DNA of 64,000 nt from Longimicrobiales bacterium (lineage in GTDB: Bacteria; Gemmatimonadota; Gemmatimonadetes; Longimicrobiales; Gaopeijiaceae). Below the pieces are notes generated by a model, which saw only the letters and a program-made list of their open reading frames with translations, was not told the origin of the DNA and searched no databases. Made by a program: the position numbers and the translations under genes. The stretch's first letter is position 1. Each line of letters begins with the position of its first letter. The DNA lies in NCBI GenBank assembly GCA_965202805.1, contig OZ241869.1:2464001-2528000 (forward strand), written 5' to 3'. Of this stretch, positions 20,087 through 29,453 are shown piece by piece.

Positions 20087-21967
20087 ATGATCCGATCCAT
20101 CGTCCTCGCCATCGCCGTCACTGCGGCCTGCTACCACCTCTACGTGGCGGGAGTGGCGCCGTTCACCGCGCTCATCCAGCGGCCGGTCCACCTCGCGCTC
20201 ATGGCGTCGCTCGGTTTCCTGGGCCTCGGGGTGCGCGGCGGGCGCGGGTTGTATCGGAAGCCAGGCACCGTGGAGGATCCCGAGCGCGGCTTCGCGGTGC
20301 GGCACGTTATTTCCCTGGTGCTGCTGGTGGGCACGGTCCTCAGCTGCGCCTACCTGGTGTCGGAGAACGAGGCGCTGGTGAGCCGGTCGGCCAATCCGAC
20401 GACCCTCGACCTGATCGCGGCCGGCATCACGCTGGTGGCGGTGCTGGAACTCGCGCGCCGGGCCACGGGGTGGGGCATCGTGGCGGTGGCGATCCTGTCC
20501 ATCACGTACGCCCTCGCCGGGCCTTGGCTGCCCGGCATTCTGGCCCACCGGGGGTACGGCCCGCAGCGGCTGCTGGAGCAGCTCTATCTCTCCACCGAGG
20601 GCATCTGGGGCATTCCGCTGGGGGTGTCGGCGGACTTCGTCTACCTGTTCGTCTTCTTCGGGGCGGTGCTGGACATGGCGGGGGGAGGGGCGCTCCTGAT
20701 CGCGCTCGCCGACCGGGTCGCGGGGCGGACAAGGGGCGGGCCGGCAAAGACGGCGGCGGTCGCCAGCGCGTTCATGGGGTCCCTGTCGGGGAGCGCGGTG
20801 GCCAACGTGGTGACGACCGGCACCTTCACCATCCCGCTCATGCGGCGGGCGGGGTTCCGGCCCTTCTTCGCGGGCGCCATCGAGGCGGCGGCAAGCACGG
20901 GCGGCCAGCTCATGCCGCCGGTGATGGGGGCGGGCGCGTTCATCCTCGCGACCTGGACCAACATCCCCTACCGCACGGTCGCGCTGGCGGCGGCCATCCC
21001 GGCCATTCTCTACTACATGGCCCTCTTCGCCGCCATCCACTTCCGGGCGGAGCAGAAGGGGCTCGACCCGGTGATCGACAAGGACCGGCCCTCGGTCGTC
21101 AGCAAGCTGCACCTCCTTGTCCCGCTGCTGATCATCGTCGTGCTGCTGGCGCAGGGCCGTTCACCGATGCGCGCCGCGTTCTGGGGTGTAAGCACCGCGC
21201 TCCTGCTCTCGCTGGCGGTGCCGTCGACCCGGATGAAGCGCAGCGACTACCTGAAGGCGACGCTCGCCGGAGCCTCGGGGGCGGTTCAGGTGGCGGCGGC
21301 GTGCGCGGCGGCGGGGATCGTCGTGGGGGTGGCGTCGCTGACCGGGATCGGGCTGCGCATGTCGGAGTTCATCGTCGTCATCTCGCAGGGCCAGCTCTTC
21401 CCCGCCCTGCTGCTCACCGCGGCGGGCTCGATCATCCTGGGAATGGGGCTGCCGACGACCGCCGCGTACGTGGTGCTGGCCGCGCTCGGAGCTCCGGCGC
21501 TGGTCGAGCTGGGCGTGCCGCTGCTGGCCGCGCACCTGTTCATCTTCTACTTCGGCTGCATCTCCAACGTGACCCCACCGGTGTCGCTGGCGGCATACGC
21601 GGCAGCCGGGGTGGCATCCTCTCCGCCAATGCGAACGGCGCTTACGGCGATGTTGCTGGCGATGGCCGGTTTCCTGGTGCCCTTCCTGTTCGTGTACGCG
21701 CCGCCCCTCCTGCTGGAGGGATCTCTCGCGGAGATCCTGCTCACCTCGGGGACGGGCGCCCTCGGCATCAGCGCCCTGGCGGGAGCCGCGATCGGCTTCA
21801 TTCGAAGGCCGTTGGCGGTCTGGGAGCGCGCTGCGGTGATCGTCGCGGGCGCGGCGCTCTTCGGGCCCTCGCTGATACTCGACGTCGTCGGCGCGGTGCT
21901 GGGCATCGCGCTCTGGATCTGGCTGGGACGCAAGCCGGAGGCTTCCGCGCCGGCGCCTTCGGGCTGA
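20087..21967 (+). CDS. TRAP transporter fused 4TM/12TM permease (TAXI type)
   Basis: GIWGIPLGVSA, GGPAK, GSAVANVVTTGTFTIPLM, EAAASTGGQLMPPVMGAGAF, GMGLPTTAAY, TPPVSLAA. Confidence 0.95.
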   Translation: MIRSIVLAIAVTAACYHLYVAGVAPFTALIQRPVHLALMASLGFLGLGVRGGRGLYRKPGTVEDPERGFAVRHVISLVLLVGTVLSCAYLVSENEALVSRSANPTTLDLIAAGITLVAVLELARRATGWGIVAVAILSITYALAGPWLPGILAHRGYGPQRLLEQLYLSTEGIWGIPLGVSADFVYLFVFFGAVLDMAGGGALLIALADRVAGRTRGGPAKTAAVASAFMGSLSGSAVANVVTTGTFTIPLMRRAGFRPFFAGAIEAAASTGGQLMPPVMGAGAFILATWTNIPYRTVALAAAIPAILYYMALFAAIHFRAEQKGLDPVIDKDRPSVVSKLHLLVPLLIIVVLLAQGRSPMRAAFWGVSTALLLSLAVPSTRMKRSDYLKATLAGASGAVQVAAACAAAGIVVGVASLTGIGLRMSEFIVVISQGQLFPALLLTAAGSIILGMGLPTTAAYVVLAALGAPALVELGVPLLAAHLFIFYFGCISNVTPPVSLAAYAAAGVASSPPMRTALTAMLLAMAGFLVPFLFVYAPPLLLEGSLAEILLTSGTGALGISALAGAAIGFIRRPLAVWERAAVIVAGAALFGPSLILDVVGAVLGIALWIWLGRKPEASAPAPSG

Positions 21968-22045
21968 AGCAATCGCGAGTCACGCGGCAGGGTTATACTA
22001 TGTCGCGAGTTTTGCGGCGGGCCCCACAGCTTCGCAGGAGACCCA

Positions 22046-22990
22046 GTGAGCAGAAGAACCCTCATCGCGTGCGCTCTGATCGCGGCCCTGGCTGCCGCCG
22101 GATGTGGAGACGGATCCGGCGGAAGCAGGCAGTTCCGGAGCCTCGGCACCGCGGGGACCGGCGGCATCTACTATCCGCTGGGCGGCACCATCGCGAGCCG
22201 CCTCTCGGTACTTGACAGCACCAGCCAGTACACGGCGGAAGTGACGGGTGGATCGGTCGAGAACATCGCCCGCCTGAACGCCCGCCAGATGGATCTCGGC
22301 ATCGCCCTCTCGGTCACCATGTACGAGGCCTACCGCGGCATCGGGGATTACGACGCCCCGATCGAGGGGCTGCGCGTGGTCGCGCCTCTGTATCCGAACA
22401 TCACCCACGTGATGGTCCCGGAGGGATCCACGGTCACCGACGTCTCCGAACTGCGCGGAGGACGGGTGAGCGTGGGCTCCGCGGGAAGCGGCACCGAACA
22501 GTCCTCGCGCCAGCTGCTGCTCGCCCACGGGATCACCTACGACGACATCAACGTCCAGTACCTCACCTTCACCGAGTCGGCGAACGCGCTGCGGGACGGC
22601 GCCATCGACGGATCCATCATCTCGGTGGGGTACCCGGCCGCCGCCGTGCTCGAGGCGACCACCACCGGCGGGGCGCGCCTGCTCGCCCTCTCCGACGAGG
22701 CCATCGAGGCGATGACCTCCACCTACCCCTACTACGCGCGCGGATACCTGCCCGGGGGGATCTATCCGGGCGCGGACGAGCCGCTTCAGACCATCGCGAT
22801 GATGAACTGGATCATCTCCATGGATCACCTGGAGGCACCGGTGGTGAACCACGTGCTCGGGATTCTGGAGAACGAGAGGGAGATCCTGGTTCGGGTCAGC
22901 CGCATGGTCGAGCAGGTGGACTTCGCTTCGCTCGATCTGGCTCCCGTGCCGCTGCACTCTGCTACGGAGGAGTGGCTGGCCGATCGGTAG
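22046..22990 (+). CDS. TAXI-family TRAP solute-binding lipoprotein
   Basis: Lipobox AAAGC; GTAGTGGIYYPLG; TGGSVEN; VGSAGSGT; PVPLH. Confidence 0.93.
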   Translation: MSRRTLIACALIAALAAAGCGDGSGGSRQFRSLGTAGTGGIYYPLGGTIASRLSVLDSTSQYTAEVTGGSVENIARLNARQMDLGIALSVTMYEAYRGIGDYDAPIEGLRVVAPLYPNITHVMVPEGSTVTDVSELRGGRVSVGSAGSGTEQSSRQLLLAHGITYDDINVQYLTFTESANALRDGAIDGSIISVGYPAAAVLEATTTGGARLLALSDEAIEAMTSTYPYYARGYLPGGIYPGADEPLQTIAMMNWIISMDHLEAPVVNHVLGILENEREILVRVSRMVEQVDFASLDLAPVPLHSATEEWLADR

Positions 22991-23001
22991 CGGCCGCGCG
23001 C

Positions 23002-24660
23002 ATGGTGGTCCGGGCCCTCGCGCTGGCGACCCTCTTGGCGGCGGCGTGCGGCCGACCCGCGGGGGGGCCGGCGGATCTGATCCTCACGGGCGGGGATGTC
23101 CTGACCATGGGATCCGCCGGGGTGGTCGAGGCGCTCGCGGTCACGGGAGACCGGGTGGTGGCCGCCGGGACCTCGGAGGAGGTCGGCCGGCTGGCTGGGC
23201 CCGGGACGCGGGTGGTGGCGCTGGCGGGCCGCACGGTCCTGCCCGGGCTGACCGACAACCACTACCACGGCATCGGGGGCGGTCCCGGCGTCGACCTGTC
23301 CGGGGCGCGGTCGCTGGCGGACGTCATCGACCGGGTCGCGGTCGCCGCGCGCGAGACGCCGCCGGGCGAGGTGATCGTCACCAACTCGAACTGGCATGAA
23401 GGCCAGCTGGCCGAGCAGCGGCTCCCCTACCGCGACGATCTCGACCTGGCCGCGCCCGGGCATCCGGTCGTGGTGGTGCGCGGCGGCCACCAGTACGTGC
23501 TGAACAGCGCCGCGCTGGCGCACTGGCGGATCGACGAATCGACGCCGGAGGTCCCGGGTGGCCGCATCGGCCGCGGCCCGGACGGCCGCCTGAACGGGGA
23601 GCTGGTCGACCGCGCGAAGGATCTGGTCACGGTTCCGCCCGGACCCATTCCCGACCCCGCCACCCTCCTCGACGGCCTGGCCGACGAGCACGCCCGGCTG
23701 AACGCGCGCGGCCTGACCGGCATCCGCTACCCGGGCGGGTCCGTCGGCCAGTACCGCGCGATCGAACGCCTGAAGGAGCAGGGCCGGCTGAGCCTGCGCG
23801 TCGACTACCTGCTGCGTGGGCCGCGCGCGGGCGGCGTGGAGGGACTCGCCGAAGCCCTCGCGACCTGGCCTGCCATGGGCGAGGGCGACGAATGGCTCCG
23901 CGTGGGCGGCGTCAAGCTCGGAGTCGACGGGGGCTTCGAGGGCGGCCTCATGCGCGACCCGTACGAGGAGCCGTGGGGGGAGGGCGGCACCTTCCACGGC
24001 CTGCAGACCATGCCGACCGACGCCTACATCGCCACCGTCCGCGAACTCCACCGCCACGGCTGGCGGGTCGCCACCCACGCGGTGGGAGACGCCGCCATAG
24101 ACCTGGTCCTCGCCGGCTACGAGGCCGCCAACAGCGACGCGCCCATCGCCGGCCGGCGCTGGGTGATCGAGCACGGCTTCATCCCGCGCGACGACCAGTT
24201 CCCTCGCATGCGCAACCTCGGCCTCGCCGTCACCGCCCAGCACCACCTGTACGTCGCCGCCCCGAGCCTCGTGGAGTACTGGGGGGTGGACCGCACCGCG
24301 TGGACCACTCCGGTGCGCGCCTATCTCGACGCCGGCATCCCGGTCTCCCTGGGCAGCGACTCGCCCGTCGTCCCGTGGGACCCCTGGTCCGTGCTCCACC
24401 ACTTCACCACGCGGGGGACCATCAGCGCCGGCGTCCACGGCGCCTCGCAGCGCATCACCCGCGAGGAGGCCCTGCGCGCCATGACGGAGGGGTACGCCCA
24501 CCTCACCTTCGAGGAGGCCGACAAGGGCACGCTCGAGCCCGGCAGGCTCGCCGATCTGATCGTGACCGCCGAGCACTACCTCGACTGCGAAGATCCCTGC
24601 CTCGAAGCCATGCAGATCGACATGACGGTCGTGGGCGGAAGGGTGGTGTACGAGCGGTAG
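23002..24660 (+). CDS. Amidohydrolase_3 (YtcJ-like) lipoprotein
   Basis: LLAAAC lipobox; PGLTDNHYH; KLGVDG; THAVGD; IEH; GSD; GTLEPGRLADL. Confidence 0.9.
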   Translation: MVVRALALATLLAAACGRPAGGPADLILTGGDVLTMGSAGVVEALAVTGDRVVAAGTSEEVGRLAGPGTRVVALAGRTVLPGLTDNHYHGIGGGPGVDLSGARSLADVIDRVAVAARETPPGEVIVTNSNWHEGQLAEQRLPYRDDLDLAAPGHPVVVVRGGHQYVLNSAALAHWRIDESTPEVPGGRIGRGPDGRLNGELVDRAKDLVTVPPGPIPDPATLLDGLADEHARLNARGLTGIRYPGGSVGQYRAIERLKEQGRLSLRVDYLLRGPRAGGVEGLAEALATWPAMGEGDEWLRVGGVKLGVDGGFEGGLMRDPYEEPWGEGGTFHGLQTMPTDAYIATVRELHRHGWRVATHAVGDAAIDLVLAGYEAANSDAPIAGRRWVIEHGFIPRDDQFPRMRNLGLAVTAQHHLYVAAPSLVEYWGVDRTAWTTPVRAYLDAGIPVSLGSDSPVVPWDPWSVLHHFTTRGTISAGVHGASQRITREEALRAMTEGYAHLTFEEADKGTLEPGRLADLIVTAEHYLDCEDPCLEAMQIDMTVVGGRVVYER

Positions 24661-24734
24661 GGCCTGCCTGTTGTTGAACGGGACTCACCGAGCGCTCTCA
24701 ACCGCGCCATCCCTCAACAACCCACCCGTCCCCC

Positions 24735-25232
24735 TCACCACGAACTCCCGCCCACCCCGAAGGTGACGAAGCCCGTATCGAACGCGTAGCACTTCGGCCG
24801 GCTGACGATTTCGCCACCTCCTCCACCCCGGAAGGGGCGTAGAAGATGAACGGCATGGGCGATCTCCAGGGCCTCGAGACAGGACTTGACGGTGGGCCGG
24901 CTCAGCTCCGTCAGCCGTGAGAGCCGACTGTAGTCGACCTGGCCCGTGCTCCACCTCAGCAGCAGCAGCCGGTCGAGGTCCGCGATTCCGAACGGCTCTT
25001 CACAATCTTCCCAAAGCACCGGACACAAGTAGATGGCCCGTTTGCGTCCGGTCAGCGAGTCCCGGAACTTCCCGGTCGCGGCGAGCGTGGACGAACCGGT
25101 CGCCAGGATTCGAAGCTCCGGGTACTCGTCGGCGGCGATCTTGAGAAGCAGGCTGGGATCGGCGATGCGATGCACTTCATCGAACGCAAGCGACGTCCAC
25201 TGAGGAGGTGGCGCCGGGCCCTGGATCGGCAA
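24735..25232 (-). pseudogene. Decayed AAA_14/DUF4143 ATPase fragment
   Basis: Retains FDEVH (Walker B), LATGSS, DSLTGR, an HTH (LSRPTVKSCLEALE) and PKCYAFDTG. Lacks the Walker A N-terminus, the central GGxP segment and the C-terminal DUF4143 nuclease-like end. Confidence 0.7.
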
Positions 25233-25527
25233 CAGCCGTTAACAGCCTCCGCGCCGCCTCGAGTTCCCGCCCCTCAGTACGCCCCCACCGCGTCGCTCAC
25301 CGGCACGGGTCGCGGGCGCTTCGTTAACGTGCGCCCGGAACGCCTCTTGCATCAGTGCAGGCAGGGAGTGAGTCGATCGAGGGAGTCGCCGGAAGTCCCA
25401 GGGCCGCCTCGGTGCCCACGCAACACAGCCCGCCATGGAGGACCGGGCGCACCGCACCTCACCTCCCTGCCACATCAAGCGGTAAGCAACTGCGCCATAA
25501 GCAGTTGCGACCGAGGAGGCATAGATC

Positions 25528-26535
25528 ATGAACACCCGCGCTTACACCTTCAACACCCTCTTCATCACTACGGCGCTAGCGAGCGCGTCCTGCGACAGCG
25601 CACCCGTCACCCCCGAACTCGCCGAGACCACGGAGGTCCCGGTGCTCACCTCCCGGGACGCTTCAGGCCCGCCGGTGGGGATGGACGGCCAGACGCCCCA
25701 CCGATTCCAGTTCGATATCGCGCTGGTCAACGAAGGCGCGCAGGAACTCCGTTCCCAGATCCAGGCGCAAGCGGATCGGTGGGCCAGAGTCGTACAGGGC
25801 AGCGATCTCGAGGATGTCGAGTGGGAACCGGGCATAATCACCTGCGGAGGCCTCGAGTACGACTTCCAGAAGGATGTACTGGACGACCTGCTTCTCATGG
25901 TCGCCACAGTGGATCTGGACAACGGGCCCCGCGCCGGATCGACAATCACGTATTGCGGATACCGCGAGTCCTCGAAGTTACCCTTGATCGCGGCCCTCAA
26001 GCTCGACATTGACAGGGTGCCACAGGGCGATGTGAACGAAATGATCCTCCACGGGCTCGGACACCTGCTCGGGCTATCCGGCTATTCCTGGGAGATGATG
26101 GACCTGCTGCGAAACTCCTCGCACCACCACCCGGGTGCCGACACGCACTTCGTGGGTCCCAAGGCGATTGCGGCCTTCGTTTCCGCGGGAGGTGCCAGCT
26201 ACCAGGGCGCCAAGGTGCCGGTCGAGAACGATCCGACCTATGGCACCGTGGACAGCCACTGGCGGGAATCGGTATTCGGCAACGAACTGATGACGCCCAA
26301 TCTGGCGGCCGGGACCGACCACCTCAGCGCGATCACGATTCAAGCCCTGGCGGACATCGGCTATACGGTCAACCTGGAGGAGGCGGACAGGTTCGTCGTG
26401 GGGGCGGGCTCCAACGCTTCGGCGCACGCGGAGGAAGGCCGGCATGCCATCGATCTTTCCGATGACGTGGTGATCGGGACGGCCGTCTTCTACGACCGGC
26501 ACGGGCGCGTGGTGCGGGTGGTGCGACCGAACTGA
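25528..26535 (+). CDS. Leishmanolysin (peptidase M8)-like exported protein with HExxH changed to HGLGH
   Basis: ADRWARVV, DDLLL, ILHGLGHLLG, FVGPKA, VPVEN, DSHWRESVFGNELMT, LSAITIQALADIGYTV; GAGGAGG RBS. Confidence 0.85.
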   Translation: MNTRAYTFNTLFITTALASASCDSAPVTPELAETTEVPVLTSRDASGPPVGMDGQTPHRFQFDIALVNEGAQELRSQIQAQADRWARVVQGSDLEDVEWEPGIITCGGLEYDFQKDVLDDLLLMVATVDLDNGPRAGSTITYCGYRESSKLPLIAALKLDIDRVPQGDVNEMILHGLGHLLGLSGYSWEMMDLLRNSSHHHPGADTHFVGPKAIAAFVSAGGASYQGAKVPVENDPTYGTVDSHWRESVFGNELMTPNLAAGTDHLSAITIQALADIGYTVNLEEADRFVVGAGSNASAHAEEGRHAIDLSDDVVIGTAVFYDRHGRVVRVVRPN

Positions 26536-26732
26536 CCGTGCGGAACCGGCCCCGTGGAGGGGATGCGCCCCCGTTGCGGGGTGTTCCCCCCCACGGGCTG
26601 CCGGGCGGTCCGGGCCAGCCGTATGCCGACCGGCGGGTGTGGGCTACAATTGGTGGCCACATGCCGATGAGCGTCATGTCATCTGCCGGACAAAGTGCCC
26701 GGGACGCGCAGCGAGACACCCAAACACACCCC

Positions 26733-27902
26733 ATGACCCCACTCACCTGCCAGAAGTCCGCCTTCTCCCTCGACCCGGATATCCACTACATCAACTGCGC
26801 GTACCTGAGCCCGCTCGCTCGCTTGGTGGAGGAAGCCGGCATCCAGGGCATCCGCGCGAAGTGCGCACCCAGCGGGATCGGGCCCGCGGACTTCTTCGAC
26901 CCCTGCGACGAGCTCCGCCGCCGCTTCGGCCGCCTCGTCAACGCTCCCGCCGAGAACATCGCCATCATCCCGGCAGCCTCCTACGGAGTGGCGACCTGCG
27001 CCCGCAACATCGACCTGCAGCGAGGCGCCAACATCGTGCTCACCGCACGCCAGTTTCCCGGCAACGTGCACACCTGGCGCCGGCTTGCCCGCAAGCGGGG
27101 GGCTGAGGTGCGGATGGTGGATGCGCGCCCGGGCCCCGGCTGCGGCGAGCGCTGGAGCACCCGAATCCTGGAGGCCATCGACGCGGACACCGCAGTCGTC
27201 ACCATGGGCGTCGTCCACTGGACCGACGGCACCGTCTTCGACATCGACGCCATCGCCGCGCGCGCCCGGGAGGTCGGAGCGTACCTCATCATCGACGGCA
27301 CGCAGTCGGTGGGGGCAATGGACTTCGACGTGGCCCGCATCCGGCCCGACGCGCTCATCTGCTCCGGCTACAAGTGGCTGATGGGCCCCTACTCCATCGG
27401 TCTGGCCTGTTTCGGACCGCGCCTCCTGGACGGCATTCCGCTGGAGGAGACCTGGATCGGCCGCGAAGGCAGCCGCGACTTCGCCGGTCTCGCGGGCAAC
27501 TACCCTGACAGCTACGAGCCCGGCGCCACCCGCTACGACGTCGGCGAGCGCAGCAACTTCATCCTCGTGCCGATGATGAACGCCGCGCTCGAGTTGGTAC
27601 TCGAGTGGACGCCCGCCCGCATCGCCGAGTACTGCGGCCAACTCACCACAGAGTTGATCGAACGCGCACGCGAGGCCGGATTCGGGGTCGAGGACGAACC
27701 GTGGCGCGCCCCCCATCTCTTCGGGCTCCACTCGCCTCCGGGGCTCGACCCGAGGGCCGTGAGCGAAGCCCTGGCCGCCCGCAACGTGCACGTGTCGCTC
27801 CGCGGAAGCGCGCTGCGCATCTCGCCCCACGTCTACAACGACGAGGGAGATGTGGCCGCGCTCTGGGACGCGCTCCGGTCGGTGCTCCGTTTTGGCGGCT
27901 AG
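26733..27902 (+). CDS. Aminotransferase class V PLP-dependent enzyme
   Basis: YINCAYLSP, IDGTQSVGA, SGYKWLMGPYSIG (PLP lysine), LRISPHVYND. Confidence 0.92.
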   Translation: MTPLTCQKSAFSLDPDIHYINCAYLSPLARLVEEAGIQGIRAKCAPSGIGPADFFDPCDELRRRFGRLVNAPAENIAIIPAASYGVATCARNIDLQRGANIVLTARQFPGNVHTWRRLARKRGAEVRMVDARPGPGCGERWSTRILEAIDADTAVVTMGVVHWTDGTVFDIDAIAARAREVGAYLIIDGTQSVGAMDFDVARIRPDALICSGYKWLMGPYSIGLACFGPRLLDGIPLEETWIGREGSRDFAGLAGNYPDSYEPGATRYDVGERSNFILVPMMNAALELVLEWTPARIAEYCGQLTTELIERAREAGFGVEDEPWRAPHLFGLHSPPGLDPRAVSEALAARNVHVSLRGSALRISPHVYNDEGDVAALWDALRSVLRFGG

Positions 27903-28327
27903 TTCAGCAAGGTGCCCACCGCCTCGGGCGGGGCCTGGAAGTGGAAGCGCGGGATCGGAGCGCGGAACAGGGAGCCGTCCCGCCGCCGGAAGTGGTAGAA
28001 TCCCTCCATGTGGCCACTTGGACCGCGGAGTACGCAGAAGCTCTGGTAGCGGTGTGCCTCGCCCGGGCGCAATACCGGGAGCTCGCCCACGACACCTTCC
28101 CCTTCGACTTCGTGGTCGCCCGCCACGGGATCGTGGATCTGCCAGTGGCGCCAGAGGAGCTGCGCCGTCTCGCCGCCCACGTTCCTGATCGTGACGTCGT
28201 AGGTGAAGACGTACCGGAAGGCGCGCGGCTCGGAGTATCGGGTCGCGTACTCGGGACGCACCGTGATCGTAATCGCGTCCGTCTCCACCGGCGGGCGGGC
28301 ATCGGCGTTGGGCTGATTCGAGGACAC
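27899..28327 (-). CDS. apaG: ApaG protein
   Basis: YVFTYDVTIRN, QLLWRHWQI, VEGEGVVGELP, GHMEGFY, IPRF. Confidence 0.92.
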   Translation of the reverse strand: MSSNQPNADARPPVETDAITITVRPEYATRYSEPRAFRYVFTYDVTIRNVGGETAQLLWRHWQIHDPVAGDHEVEGEGVVGELPVLRPGEAHRYQSFCVLRGPSGHMEGFYHFRRRDGSLFRAPIPRFHFQAPPEAVGTLLN

Positions 28328-28461
28328 GCCGTTCCCCTCACCCGCCTGTTCCCGCCCGGGAGGTTCGCCAGGTCGATGGCTTCCCACGGTCGATCCGCGC
28401 TCGCTAGATTGGTTCGCTGACTTTCGCACCCATCACGGACCCTCGCACAGGACATGCGGAC

Positions 28462-28953
28462 ATGCAAGGCGCCATGCTTCTCCCTGAATTCGATCACGAG
28501 AGCCAAAACACGCGCCGGATGCTCGAGGCCATACCCGACGAGCATCTCGAGTACCGCCCTCATGAGAAGTCGTGGACCATGCGGGAACTCGCGACCCACG
28601 TCGCGACGGTGGGCGGCTGGACACGGCCCACCTTCGAGCAGGACGAGATCGACCTGTCCCAACCCTGGGAGCCGCAGCAGTTCGCAAGCGCCGCCGAGAT
28701 CGTCGCCGGGTACGACGCGACCATCGCCGACGCGCGCGAGGCCCTGGAAGCCGCCTCGGCGGAGACCTTTCAGGAGATGTGGACGCTCCGTTCCGGAGAC
28801 ACCGTCCACTTCACCATGCCCAAGGGCCTGGTTTTCCGCTTCTTCGTCATGAACCACATCGTGCACCACCGGGCCCAGCTCGCCGTCTATCTGCGCGAGT
28901 GTGACGCCCCCGTGCCGGGGATGTACGGGCCTTCGGCCGACGAAGGCTTCTGA
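28462..28953 (+). CDS. DinB family protein
   Basis: EFDHE..TRRML, PHEKS..ELATH, NHIVHHRAQL..YLR..VPGMYGPSADE. Confidence 0.92.
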   Translation: MQGAMLLPEFDHESQNTRRMLEAIPDEHLEYRPHEKSWTMRELATHVATVGGWTRPTFEQDEIDLSQPWEPQQFASAAEIVAGYDATIADAREALEAASAETFQEMWTLRSGDTVHFTMPKGLVFRFFVMNHIVHHRAQLAVYLRECDAPVPGMYGPSADEGF

Positions 28954-28996
28954 GGCGAGACCTGCGCACGAAACCACACCCTGGAAGGAGGCCGGC

Positions 28997-29410
28997 ATGA
29001 AGCGTTGGGGATTATGCATACTGAGAATCAGCACTGGATGGCTGCTGGTGATGTGGGGACTGGACAAGCTCGTCAACGTCGACCACGGAGTGGCGGTCGC
29101 CGACTCGTTCTACTTCGGGGTCGGCAACAGCGCCCTCTTCCTGAACGTGTTCGGCGTGCTGGAGGCGCTGCTCGGCGTCCTGGTGGTGCTCGGGCTTTGG
29201 CGCAGGCGCACCTACCCCGTGATGTTCCTCATCCTGGGCATCACCGCGGTCGCCGTGTGGCGGTCGGTGCTCGACCCCTGGGGCTGGTTCCTCGAGGGCG
29301 CGAACGTGCTCTTCTACCCCTCGATCATCATCGCCGCGGGCGCCGCCGTGCTGTGGGGCACGATGGATGAGGACCACATGACCCTCGACCACCGCATGGG
29401 CGCCGGCTGA
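28997..29410 (+). CDS. DoxX-family membrane protein
   Basis: LRISTGWLLVMWGLDK, LEALLG; 4 TM helices; AAGGAGG RBS. Confidence 0.78.
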   Translation: MKRWGLCILRISTGWLLVMWGLDKLVNVDHGVAVADSFYFGVGNSALFLNVFGVLEALLGVLVVLGLWRRRTYPVMFLILGITAVAVWRSVLDPWGWFLEGANVLFYPSIIIAAGAAVLWGTMDEDHMTLDHRMGAG

Positions 29411-29453
29411 AGCTGACGACGAACGACGGCCGACCGCCGGGAGCACGCGCGCA

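Noticed and set aside
24666..25250. IS element ends flanking the AAA remnant
   Set aside because: Only short, weak inverted matches; no transposase or target-site duplication seen.
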